64,000 nucleotides of DNA, from contig JBGARZ010000001.1 of the NCBI GenBank assembly GCA_044229975.1, positions 32,001-96,000 on the forward strand, written 5' to 3'. This document shows, piece after piece, positions 1-7,951 of this stretch. Below the pieces are notes generated by a model, which was not told the origin of the DNA, did no database searches, and saw nothing but the letters and a program-made list of their open reading frames with translations. Position numbers and translations under genes: made by a program. The stretch is from Polyangiales bacterium (GTDB lineage: Bacteria > Myxococcota_A > Polyangia > Polyangiales > Ga0077539). Numbering within the stretch: the stretch's first letter is position 1; the number at the start of each line of letters is the position of its first letter.

Positions 1-2
1 CC

Positions 3-500
3 GCATCGCGGGCTTTCCCTTGGCTGCCGTGGGTTTTCAACCCGCGGCGGCCGGGCGCGACGGGCGCTCTCCTCCCCCTCGCCGCGCTGCACCTCGTGGT
101 GCAGCTCGCGCTCCCGTGGCGGCACCTGCTCTACCCCGGCAACGTGCTCTGGAACGAGCAGGGCTTCCGCCTCGCCTGGCACGTCATGCTCATCGAGAAG
201 TCCGGCGACGTGGAGTTTCACGTCCGCGACCCCCACACCGGCCAGCGCTGGACCGTCATGCCCGAGGAGTTTCTCACTCCCCTCCAAGGCCGGATGATGG
301 CGCCCGTCCCCGACATGATCGTGCAGGCCGCCGGGTGGGTGCGCGACGATTTCGCCCGCCGCGGTCACCCCGATGTGGTGGTCACCGTCGACGCGTACAC
401 CTCGCTCAACGGGCGGCCCGCGCGGCGGCTCATCGACCCCGCCGTCGACCTCGGGCGCGAGCGCGACTCGCTCGGCCCGAAGCCGTGGATCACACCTTGA
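3..500 (+). CDS. HTTM-domain / vitamin K-dependent gamma-carboxylase-like protein, C-terminal part (5' end outside window)
   Basis: Frame is open from base 3. Motifs LPWRHLLYPGNVLWNEQGFRLAWHVML, PDMIVQAA and SLNGRP..RLIDP.VDL match the C-terminal domain of bacterial HTTM/VKGC-like proteins. Confidence 0.85.
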   Translation, partial: ASRAFPWLPWVFNPRRPGATGALLPLAALHLVVQLALPWRHLLYPGNVLWNEQGFRLAWHVMLIEKSGDVEFHVRDPHTGQRWTVMPEEFLTPLQGRMMAPVPDMIVQAAGWVRDDFARRGHPDVVVTVDAYTSLNGRPARRLIDPAVDLGRERDSLGPKPWITP

Positions 501-1890
501 GCTTCTTCCAACCGCCGCGGCTGAACTTCACGCCCATCAGCACCGCCAGCGCCACGCCGTAGGCCGCCGCCGCGAGCCACACGCCGATGAGCCCGAGGCC
601 CATCACCTTCCCCAGCAGCCACGCCAGCGGAACCAGACAGAAGAAGTGGAGCACCAGCTCCACCACCATCACGAAGCGCGTCTCGCCCGCCCCGAAGAGC
701 GCCTGCGTCAGGATCATCGCCGTCGCGATCACCGGCCCCATGCACGCCATGATCTTCATCGGCCCGGCGCCCACCACGATGACCTCCGGCGCGTGCGTGA
801 ACACCCCGAGCACCCGGTCGGGAAACACGAACATGAACAGCCCCAGCGCCCCGAAGAGCATCACGCCCAGCTTCACGCTCGTCCACGCGTAGCGCTCGGC
901 CAGCTCAGGGTCGCCCTGCCCCAGGCTCTGCCCGACCAGCGTCGCCGTCGCGGTGCCGAAGGCGAGGCAGGACACGAAGGTCGCGCTCAGCACCTCGATG
1001 ATGATGGTGGTCGCCGCGCCGTTGAAGCTCGCCGCCGCGCCCGCGCGAATCGCGTCGTCGTCGATGGACGAGACCACCTTCGTGAAGATGAGGAAGCCCG
1101 TCATCACCGCCGTCGTCGCCACGCCGCCTGGCACCGACAGCTTCAGGAGCTGCTTCATGGTCGTCCACGACAGCACCCCCGGCCGGTAGAACTGGAACGC
1201 CGCCCGGTCGACGCCGCGCAGCGAGAAGCCGACCATCACCAGCAGGCCGATCCACGACGACACGCACGCCGCGACGCCGGCGCCCGACACGCCCATGTTG
1301 GGCGCGCCGAAGCGGCCGAAGATCAGGATCCAGCAGAGCAGGCCGTTGACGACGTTCATCGCGAGGGCGGCGAAGAGGTGCAGGTGCGTCTGGCCGACGC
1401 CGTCGTAGAAGCTCTTGTACGCAGCCGTCGCGGCCATCGAGGCGACACCCACGAAGCGCCACTGGGCGTACCCGACGCCGAGCGCCACCACGTTGGCGTT
1501 GTCGCTCAACTGGCGAAACACCCACGGCAGGCTGAACCACCCGCCGATCGTCCCGACGGCTCCGCCGACGAGGGCGATGACGGCGGCGTTGGGGAGCACC
1601 GCGCCTGCTTCGAGGGGACGGCCCTCGCCGATGCGCCGCGCCGTCGTGGCCTGGGTGCCCACGGAGATGGACGACAGGAAGCCGCCCACCGCCCACAGCA
1701 GCATGAGCGACGGCGTAAGCGCGAACTGCCCATCAGTGGCCACCTGCCGCGGGAGCTGGCCGATGAAGTAGGTGTCCACGATGTTGACCCCGGTCTGGGT
1801 CAGCATGGCCAGGATCACCGGGCCGGCGAGCTGGAGGATGCGCGCGGCCTTCGCACGATCGAGCCACGGACGCGAGGTCGTTGAGGTCAT
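490..1890 (-). CDS. MATE family efflux transporter
   Basis: About 12 hydrophobic segments; ILQLAGPVILAMLTQTGVNIVDTYFIGQL, FGAPNMGVSGAGVA and LVGQSLGQGD are MATE signatures. Start could also be the GTG at 1932. Confidence 0.93.
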   Translation of the reverse strand: MTSTTSRPWLDRAKAARILQLAGPVILAMLTQTGVNIVDTYFIGQLPRQVATDGQFALTPSLMLLWAVGGFLSSISVGTQATTARRIGEGRPLEAGAVLPNAAVIALVGGAVGTIGGWFSLPWVFRQLSDNANVVALGVGYAQWRFVGVASMAATAAYKSFYDGVGQTHLHLFAALAMNVVNGLLCWILIFGRFGAPNMGVSGAGVAACVSSWIGLLVMVGFSLRGVDRAAFQFYRPGVLSWTTMKQLLKLSVPGGVATTAVMTGFLIFTKVVSSIDDDAIRAGAAASFNGAATTIIIEVLSATFVSCLAFGTATATLVGQSLGQGDPELAERYAWTSVKLGVMLFGALGLFMFVFPDRVLGVFTHAPEVIVVGAGPMKIMACMGPVIATAMILTQALFGAGETRFVMVVELVLHFFCLVPLAWLLGKVMGLGLIGVWLAAAAYGVALAVLMGVKFSRGGWKKLKV

Positions 1891-1951
1891 AGGTGCTTCG
1901 GTGCCCGTCTCGCTTGCGGAAGTGGGGACCACTACCCGGAAGGCGGAGACG

Positions 1952-1981
1952 TTGACAAGGCGCTGTGAGAGGGACTAACCC
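1952..1981 (+). promoter_or_regulatory. Putative sigma70-type promoter for the pal operon
   Basis: TTGACA (1952-1957), 18-nt spacer, TAACCC; GGAGG at 1997-2001 precedes GTG 2007. Confidence 0.45.
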
Positions 1982-2006
1982 CCGCAGCGTCTCCATGGAG
2001 GTCTCA

Positions 2007-2765
2007 GTGGTCGATCACGGTCGCTCGAAGCACAACGCCGCGTGGTCGGCTTTCACCTGGGTCGTCCGGGTCGCCGCGCTCGGCGCCCTCGCCGGTGGCT
2101 GCACCAGCCCCGACTATCCCAACTGCGAAAACGACCGCCACTGCCAGCGCGACGGGCACCGCGAGTTCTGCGTGAACCGTCACTGCCAGCAGTGCCGTAG
2201 TGGTGCCGATTGCGGCGCCGAGCAGACCTGCCTGCGTGGGCGCTGCGTCGACGGCGTCAACGCCTGCGACGGCGACAACGACTGCCTCTCGGGCCAGGTG
2301 TGCACCGAGCACCGCTGCGTCGCGCGCCCCGAGTGCGACGCCACGCGCACCTGCGGCACCGGCCGTCACTGCGAGGTCGGCCACTGCGTCGCCGATCCGA
2401 CCGAGGACACCGACCCCGTCGACAACCGCGGCCCGGTCTGCAACCTCGAGCCGCCGTACTTCGACTTCGACGACAACGCGCTCAGCCCCGCCGCCCGCGA
2501 GACCCTCGCCCGCGACGCCGAGTGCCTGCGCCGCGAGACCGGCAGCCGCTACACCCTCATCGGCCGCTGCGACTCCCGCGGCACCACCGAGTACAACCTC
2601 GCCCTCGGCGAGCGGCGCGCCCGCGTGGTGCGCCAGTACCTGATGAACCTCGGCGTGCTGCCCGATCGCATCGCGGTGTCGTCCGAGGGCTCCGAAGGCG
2701 CCACCGGCACCGATGACGAGGGCTACCGCCGCGACCGCCGCGTGGACTTCCGCCAGAGGCCCTGA
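2007..2765 (+). CDS. pal: Pal/OmpA-family peptidoglycan-associated lipoprotein with N-terminal Cys-rich repeats
   Basis: Lipobox LAGG-C, several Cys-rich repeats, then OmpA_C motifs YFDFD, GRCDSRGTTEYNLALGERRA and RRVDF; directly upstream of cpoB. Start could be ATG 1995. Confidence 0.85.
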   Translation: MVDHGRSKHNAAWSAFTWVVRVAALGALAGGCTSPDYPNCENDRHCQRDGHREFCVNRHCQQCRSGADCGAEQTCLRGRCVDGVNACDGDNDCLSGQVCTEHRCVARPECDATRTCGTGRHCEVGHCVADPTEDTDPVDNRGPVCNLEPPYFDFDDNALSPAARETLARDAECLRRETGSRYTLIGRCDSRGTTEYNLALGERRARVVRQYLMNLGVLPDRIAVSSEGSEGATGTDDEGYRRDRRVDFRQRP

Positions 2766-2770
2766 ACCCG

Positions 2771-3595
2771 ATGCCGTCGACGCTTCGCCCCGCCGCGCTC
2801 GTCGTGATGGCCGCCCTCAGCACCGGCTGCTGGGTGACGACCTCCGAAGCCGACCACACCCGCCGCGCCTTCGAGACCCGCGTCCGTGCGCTGGAGACCA
2901 ACGACCAGCAGCGCCGCCAGCAGCTCAACGAGGCCGTCGAGCGCGCCACCGCACAGGTCGCCACCCTCAACGAACAGCTCGAACAGGCCCGCACCCAGAC
3001 GCGCAACACCGCCGACCTCGGGGCCCGCATCGAGTCCTTTGAGGAGCGCATCCGCGGCCTCACCGGCACCCTCGAAGAACTCCGCCACTCGCTCGACGAG
3101 ACGGCCACGGCCCGCTCGCAGATCAACTCCCGCATCGAGGTCGTCGAGCGGCGGCTGGGCGTCGCGCCGATGGTCGATCCGTCGCAGGTTCCGGCCGACA
3201 ACACGGCGCTCTTCGCGCTCGCGCGGCAGGCCTTCGATGCGCGCGACTACGCCCGGGCCCGCTTCCTCGCGCAGGCGCTGGTCGCTCGCGCGGCGACCGA
3301 CGCGCTCGCCGACGACGCGAAGCTCCTCATCGGCCGCAGCCACCTCGCGGAGAACCGCGCCGCCACGGCGGTGCAGGAGTTTGCCTCCATCACGCGCGAC
3401 TACCCGTCGGGCGACGCGGTGCCCGACACCCTGGCCGCGCTCGCCGAGGCGTACACCAACCTGCGGATGTGCGTGCTGGCCCAGCGAACGCTTCGGCTGC
3501 TCATCGAGCGTCACGGCCGCACCCCGGCGGGCACCCAGGCTCCGGCCCGACTCGAAGCCGTGCGGCGGCTGCCGCGCGAGGCCTGCACGGAATGA
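2771..3595 (+). CDS. cpoB: CpoB/YbgF-like coiled-coil + TPR lipoprotein
   Basis: Lipobox LSTG-C, long coiled coil, C-terminal TPRs (LADDAKLLIGRSH, RDYPSGDAVPDTL); follows pal. Confidence 0.8.
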   Translation: MPSTLRPAALVVMAALSTGCWVTTSEADHTRRAFETRVRALETNDQQRRQQLNEAVERATAQVATLNEQLEQARTQTRNTADLGARIESFEERIRGLTGTLEELRHSLDETATARSQINSRIEVVERRLGVAPMVDPSQVPADNTALFALARQAFDARDYARARFLAQALVARAATDALADDAKLLIGRSHLAENRAATAVQEFASITRDYPSGDAVPDTLAALAEAYTNLRMCVLAQRTLRLLIERHGRTPAGTQAPARLEAVRRLPREACTE

Positions 3596-4962
3596 GCTCG
3601 GCCGCGCGCCCCGATCGCGGTGCGCCCGGTCCGTTGAGCGACACCACGCTCCGCATCGGCGCGGACGGCGTTCGCCTGGGCAACCGCATCGGCGAGGGAA
3701 CCCTCTCCGAGGTCTACCGCGGCACCCAGCAGTCCCTCGGCCGCGCCGTCGCGGTGAAGGTGCTCAAAGGCTCCGTCGCACCGACCTCGCCCCTCGGCCG
3801 CCGCTTCGAGCGCGAAGGCTCCCTGCTCGCCTCCCTCGCCCACCAGAACATCCCGCAGATCGTCGACGTCGGTCGCACCGAAGACGGCCGCCCCTTCCTG
3901 GTGATGGAGCTCGTCGAAGGCCCCACGCTCGCCGCACTTCGCGCCCCGCGTGAGGTGCTCGCGGCCGATGTCGCGACCATCATCGCGCTCAAGGTCGCCC
4001 GCGCGCTGGAGTACGCGCACCTGCGCGGCATCGTCCACCGCGACCTGAAGCCCGGCAACGTGCTCATCTCGCGGCGCGGCGAGGTGAAGCTCGCGGACTT
4101 CGGCCTCGCCCGCGAGATCAACGACACCGTCGACGACCGCCTCGGCGTGGTCGGAACGCCCGCGTACATGTCCCCCGAGCAGGTGCTCGGCGACAAGATG
4201 GACTTCCGCTCGGACATCTTCTCCTTCGGCATCGTCCTGTACGAAGCGCTCACGGGTCGCCGCCCCTTCCAGGAAGACCCGGGGCGCACGGTGATGCAGA
4301 AGATCCGCCTCGATCGCTACGTGTCGCCGCGGAGGTTTCGACCGGAGGTTCCGACGACGCTGGAGCGCATCCTCTCGCGCTGCCTGGAGAAGAACCCCTC
4401 GTATCGCTACCCCAGCACCGGCAGCCTCTGCGACGACCTCAACGAGCACCTCGCGCGGCGCGGCGTCATCTCGCACGAAGCCCGCCTGGTCGGGTACCTG
4501 CGCGAGTGCGGTCTCATCGAGGAACGCGACGTCCACGATGCGCTCGGACCGATGGCGGGCGCGTGGTCGAAGGCGCCGCCGAAGTACCACCCGATGCGGC
4601 AGATGGTGGCCGGGCAGTTCGCGGCGCTGGGCATTGCGCTCGGTGCGCTCGCGACGCTCGAGCTCACCCGCGGCCGCGAGCAGGACCCGACGGCCCTCAT
4701 CGGTCCGCGCCCCGCGGGTGCCGCGGGCGTCGGTCAGCTCCGCGTGCTCGCGCGCCCGTGGGCCGAGGTCATCGTCGACGGAACCACCGTGGACACCACG
4801 CCCATGAGCCGATCGGTTCCGCTCGCGCCGGGGCAGCACTTCATCCGCCTGCGCAACCCGGCGTACGTCACCGAAGACCGCGCCGTCCAGGTGAGCGCGG
4901 GGCAGACCGTCTGGATCGACGTCGACCTCCGCCCCACCCACGAGGCCCCCAGTGCGCCGTAG
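3592..4962 (+). CDS. Membrane Ser/Thr protein kinase with C-terminal PEGA-like domain
   Basis: VAVK, HRDLKPGN, DFG, GTPAYMSPEQ; TM segment, then LRVLARPWAEVIVDG..TP...LAPGQH.IRL; ATGA overlap with the cpoB stop. Confidence 0.92.
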   Translation: MSSAARPDRGAPGPLSDTTLRIGADGVRLGNRIGEGTLSEVYRGTQQSLGRAVAVKVLKGSVAPTSPLGRRFEREGSLLASLAHQNIPQIVDVGRTEDGRPFLVMELVEGPTLAALRAPREVLAADVATIIALKVARALEYAHLRGIVHRDLKPGNVLISRRGEVKLADFGLAREINDTVDDRLGVVGTPAYMSPEQVLGDKMDFRSDIFSFGIVLYEALTGRRPFQEDPGRTVMQKIRLDRYVSPRRFRPEVPTTLERILSRCLEKNPSYRYPSTGSLCDDLNEHLARRGVISHEARLVGYLRECGLIEERDVHDALGPMAGAWSKAPPKYHPMRQMVAGQFAALGIALGALATLELTRGREQDPTALIGPRPAGAAGVGQLRVLARPWAEVIVDGTTVDTTPMSRSVPLAPGQHFIRLRNPAYVTEDRAVQVSAGQTVWIDVDLRPTHEAPSAP

Positions 4963-5893
4963 CGCCGTGGCGTTGGTGCTCGGTCTGGTGCTCGCGGGTC
5001 GCGCGGCGCTCGCCGACGTGACGCATGTGTTCACGCGGGGCGAGACCTTCGCGGCCATCGCCGAGCGCTACTACGGCAACACGGCGATGGAGCCCGTGGT
5101 CGTCGCGGCCAACTTCCTCCACCTGCAAGCGAACCCCAATCTCCCGACGGGAGTGCACCTCACCATCCCGAGCGTCGGGTACCACCGCGTCGCGACGGGC
5201 GAGACCTGGGAGCGGTTGGCGGCACGTCACCTCGGCGACGCCAATCGCGCGGCGTATCTCGCGCGCATCAACGGCGGGGTGTTCGGCGTGTCGCCGAGCG
5301 TCGGGGCGGTGATACGGCTTCCGTACCTGCTTCGATATGTGGTCGAGGCCGAGGAGCCGATGTTCGAGGTCGCGCGGCGCTTCTATGGCGACCGGGCGAT
5401 GGTGCAGTTCATCTCGGAGTTCAATCGGATGTCGTCGCAGCGGCTGGCGCGGGGGCAGTTGCTCATCCTGCCGCTCGCCGACCTCGTGCTGCGCGAGACG
5501 GCCGCCGACAGCGCCGACACCGCGCTCATCGCCGCGCACACCGCGCAGCGCCAGGTCGACCGGGAGATTCCGACGCTCGAACAGTTCGTGACGCGTGGGC
5601 TCTACGTCGAAGCGGTGGCGCTCGGCGGGCGGCTGCTCGGGCACGACGATCTCGCGAGCCCGCAGCGGGTGGTGGTGCTGCGACACGTGGCCGAGGCGTA
5701 CGCGGCGCTCGACCGGCGTGACCTCGCGGCGGATGCGTTCCGCGATTTGCTGAGACTCGAACCGGCCTTCGTGATGGACCCGGTGCGCACGGCGCCGAAG
5801 GTGCTCGACGCGCTCAGCCTGGCGCGAGGGACGGCACCCGAGCAGACGCTGCGGGCGGCACCGCCGACGGGGCGGCCGGATACGGCGCACTGA
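4952..5893 (+). CDS. Secreted protein with three LysM-like domains and a C-terminal TPR
   Basis: Signal peptide; HVFTRGETFAAIAERYYG, HRVATGETWERLAARHLG, YVVEAEEPMFEVARRFYG; helical TPR-like tail. Confidence 0.8.
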   Translation: MRRSAVALVLGLVLAGRAALADVTHVFTRGETFAAIAERYYGNTAMEPVVVAANFLHLQANPNLPTGVHLTIPSVGYHRVATGETWERLAARHLGDANRAAYLARINGGVFGVSPSVGAVIRLPYLLRYVVEAEEPMFEVARRFYGDRAMVQFISEFNRMSSQRLARGQLLILPLADLVLRETAADSADTALIAAHTAQRQVDREIPTLEQFVTRGLYVEAVALGGRLLGHDDLASPQRVVVLRHVAEAYAALDRRDLAADAFRDLLRLEPAFVMDPVRTAPKVLDALSLARGTAPEQTLRAAPPTGRPDTAH

Positions 5894-5953
5894 AGCGACC
5901 ACGCCCGCGGTCGACGTCCGGGGCCCACGCCGCAGCGTTAGCGCGGCGCGCGT

Positions 5954-6132
5954 CCGCCCACGCCCGCGGTCACCGGCCTTACCCGGAGGGACGCGACCGC
6001 CCACGCCCGCGGTCACCGACCTTACCCGAAGGGACGCGACCGCTTGCGCCCGCGGTCGTCGGTCCGGAGCGCGTCGGGCGAGGTCGCGGTCGCGTCCCTC
6101 CGGGTAAGGCCTCCGACCGCGGGCGTGGGCGG
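5954..6132. repeat. 43-bp REP/BIME-like repeat cluster (two tandem copies, one degenerate copy, one inverted copy)
   Basis: Unit CCGCCCACGCCCGCGGTCACCGRCCTTACCCGRAGGGACGCGA at 5954 and 5997, degenerate at 6040, inverted at 6090-6132 (40/43 identical to copy 1); lies between convergent genes. Confidence 0.85.
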
Positions 6133-6179
6133 GTGCGCGCCAGAGCGACGGAGGTCGTCCGGGCGGGGTGTCTCGCTCT

Positions 6180-6545
6180 CTACTGCGTGCACACGCAGCG
6201 CGCCGTCGCACCGGCGACCACGCACGTCTGGTTTGCCCCGCATGCCGGTTCGTCCCCGCAGCGGCACGATCCGGGATCGCACCGGTCGGCCCGCAGGCAG
6301 ATCTCGGTCCCCGGGAGGCACAGTGCTGTTGCGAAGGGGTTGTTTCCCGCGGAGACCTGCGCCCACCGCACGCACGCGGCCTGCCCCTGACCATCACAGA
6401 TACCCGCGTGAATTGGCTGATCCGAGGCGGGCGCGCAGGCCCGCGCGACGTCCGCGCGACCTGCGTCCTCGTCCTCGCGCACGGCGGTCCCGCTGCACGC
6501 TGCGAGCGCCGTCAGCGCCGCAAGAAACCCCACCGCGTCCCGCAT
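6180..6545 (-). CDS. Small Cys-rich lipoprotein (121 aa)
   Basis: MRDAVGFLAALTALAA-C lipobox; Cys-rich C-terminal part (CDPGSCRCGDEPACGANQTC). Confidence 0.7.
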   Translation of the reverse strand: MRDAVGFLAALTALAACSGTAVREDEDAGRADVARACAPASDQPIHAGICDGQGQAACVRWAQVSAGNNPFATALCLPGTEICLRADRCDPGSCRCGDEPACGANQTCVVAGATARCVCTQ

Positions 6546-7020
6546 CGCGACCATCACACGCACCATGGCACCGATCGGCGACCGGGACCAACGCCCCGCT
6601 CGCCGCCAACCGCAGCGTGGTCGCGTCCCTCCGGGTCTGACGTCCACTGCGCGCGTGGATGGATGCTCTCCGAAGCAACAGCACCTGTATGGGAGAGGCG
6701 TCAGCTCGACGCGTCGGTTGCATCCTTGGGCCACGGGATCTGTCCCCGCGTGAGCGGGTGGAACTCGCCGTCGGTGGGAGTGCATCAACGGCGTGTTTAC
6801 CACGGTGCGCTCGCGTGTTTCCCCCACGCCCTACCGTCCACCTCGCCCCTCCGCCACCGACGCCACCAACACCCCCCGTGTACCGCGCGCCCCTTCGCCA
6901 CCCGCTCCGCGACGCACTGGTTCTTCTGGACACCGCTCGCGCACCGACGGCACGATCACCACGATGGACCCGTCTGCCGGTACATCACCGGCGCGGCCGT
7001 CACTGGAGGGATGACGTTCC

Positions 7021-7875
7021 ATGAGCAAGGCGAAGACCCGCACTCCCAAACCCAAGCGCGCCCCCGCGAAGACCGCCACCGCGCGTGACCCCGACGTGCC
7101 CGTCGTCGACGGCTCACAGGCCGCCTACGACGCCTTCCTCCCCGCCGCCCTCCAGATCGCCGAAGCCGACGTGCGCCCCTTCCGCTACGACGCCTCGCTC
7201 GCCTTCCACAACGTCACCCGCGGCCTCGCCGCGCTCCAGCCCCACGAGGCCACCCTCCGCGCCGAGCTCCCGCGCACCGACGTCGCCGCGCTCCGCACCC
7301 TGCCCGACCTCGCGCTCGCCGTGATCTTCGCCGCCGATCAGGTCGACCGCGGCGCCGCCCGCAGCGACGGAACCACCGCCCGCCTCCTCAAAGAAGCCTT
7401 CGCCAGCCGCACGCTGCTCCTCGACGCCGCCACCGCGCTCGCGGGCAAGGGGCTCATCCCCAGGCGCTCTGTCGCCAAGATCCGCGAGGGCCGCGGCAAC
7501 ATCGACGCCGCCAGCGACTGCGTCGCGCTCGCCGCCCTCTTCCAGAAGCACGCCGCCGCCGTGAAGGGCCGCCACGCCCTCGCGAAGTCCGACCTCGCCG
7601 CCGCCAGCGACGTCGGCAACGCGCTGCTCAAGATCCTCATGCCGAAGCGCTCCCGCACCCGCACGACGCCCGCCGCCGTCCTGGACGCCATCGAAAACCG
7701 CGACCGCCTCTGGACCCTCCTCGTCGAGCGCTTCGAAGGCCCCCACGGCCTCGAACGAGCCGCCATGCACCTGTGGGGACGCGACGCCGCCGAGCACGTT
7801 CCCCCGCTGCTCTCCTTCAAGCCCGCCGCCCGCGCGAAGCCCGCACCCGCCCCCGCACCCGCCCCGGTCGCCTGA
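7021..7875 (+). CDS. Hypothetical alpha-helical protein, resembling a recurrent myxobacterial family
   Basis: GGAGG upstream, strong GC3 codon bias, basic N-tail and PAPA C-tail; core motifs DASLAFHNV and RDRLWTLL. No function recognised. Confidence 0.8.
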   Translation: MSKAKTRTPKPKRAPAKTATARDPDVPVVDGSQAAYDAFLPAALQIAEADVRPFRYDASLAFHNVTRGLAALQPHEATLRAELPRTDVAALRTLPDLALAVIFAADQVDRGAARSDGTTARLLKEAFASRTLLLDAATALAGKGLIPRRSVAKIREGRGNIDAASDCVALAALFQKHAAAVKGRHALAKSDLAAASDVGNALLKILMPKRSRTRTTPAAVLDAIENRDRLWTLLVERFEGPHGLERAAMHLWGRDAAEHVPPLLSFKPAARAKPAPAPAPAPVA

Positions 7876-7951
7876 CGCCTTCCGTCGGCATTCTCCGACA
7901 ACACCTGTTGACCCGCCCCGCGCTCCGCGAGTATCCGTCCACACCCATCGT

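Noticed and set aside
5954..6132. CRISPR array
   Set aside because: Units abut without unique spacers, one copy is inverted, and there are no cas genes in the window.
6698..6785. Minus-strand peptide PTDGEFHPLTRGQIPWPKDATDASS as a gene remnant
   Set aside because: Too short, with no start codon and no family recognisable without a search.
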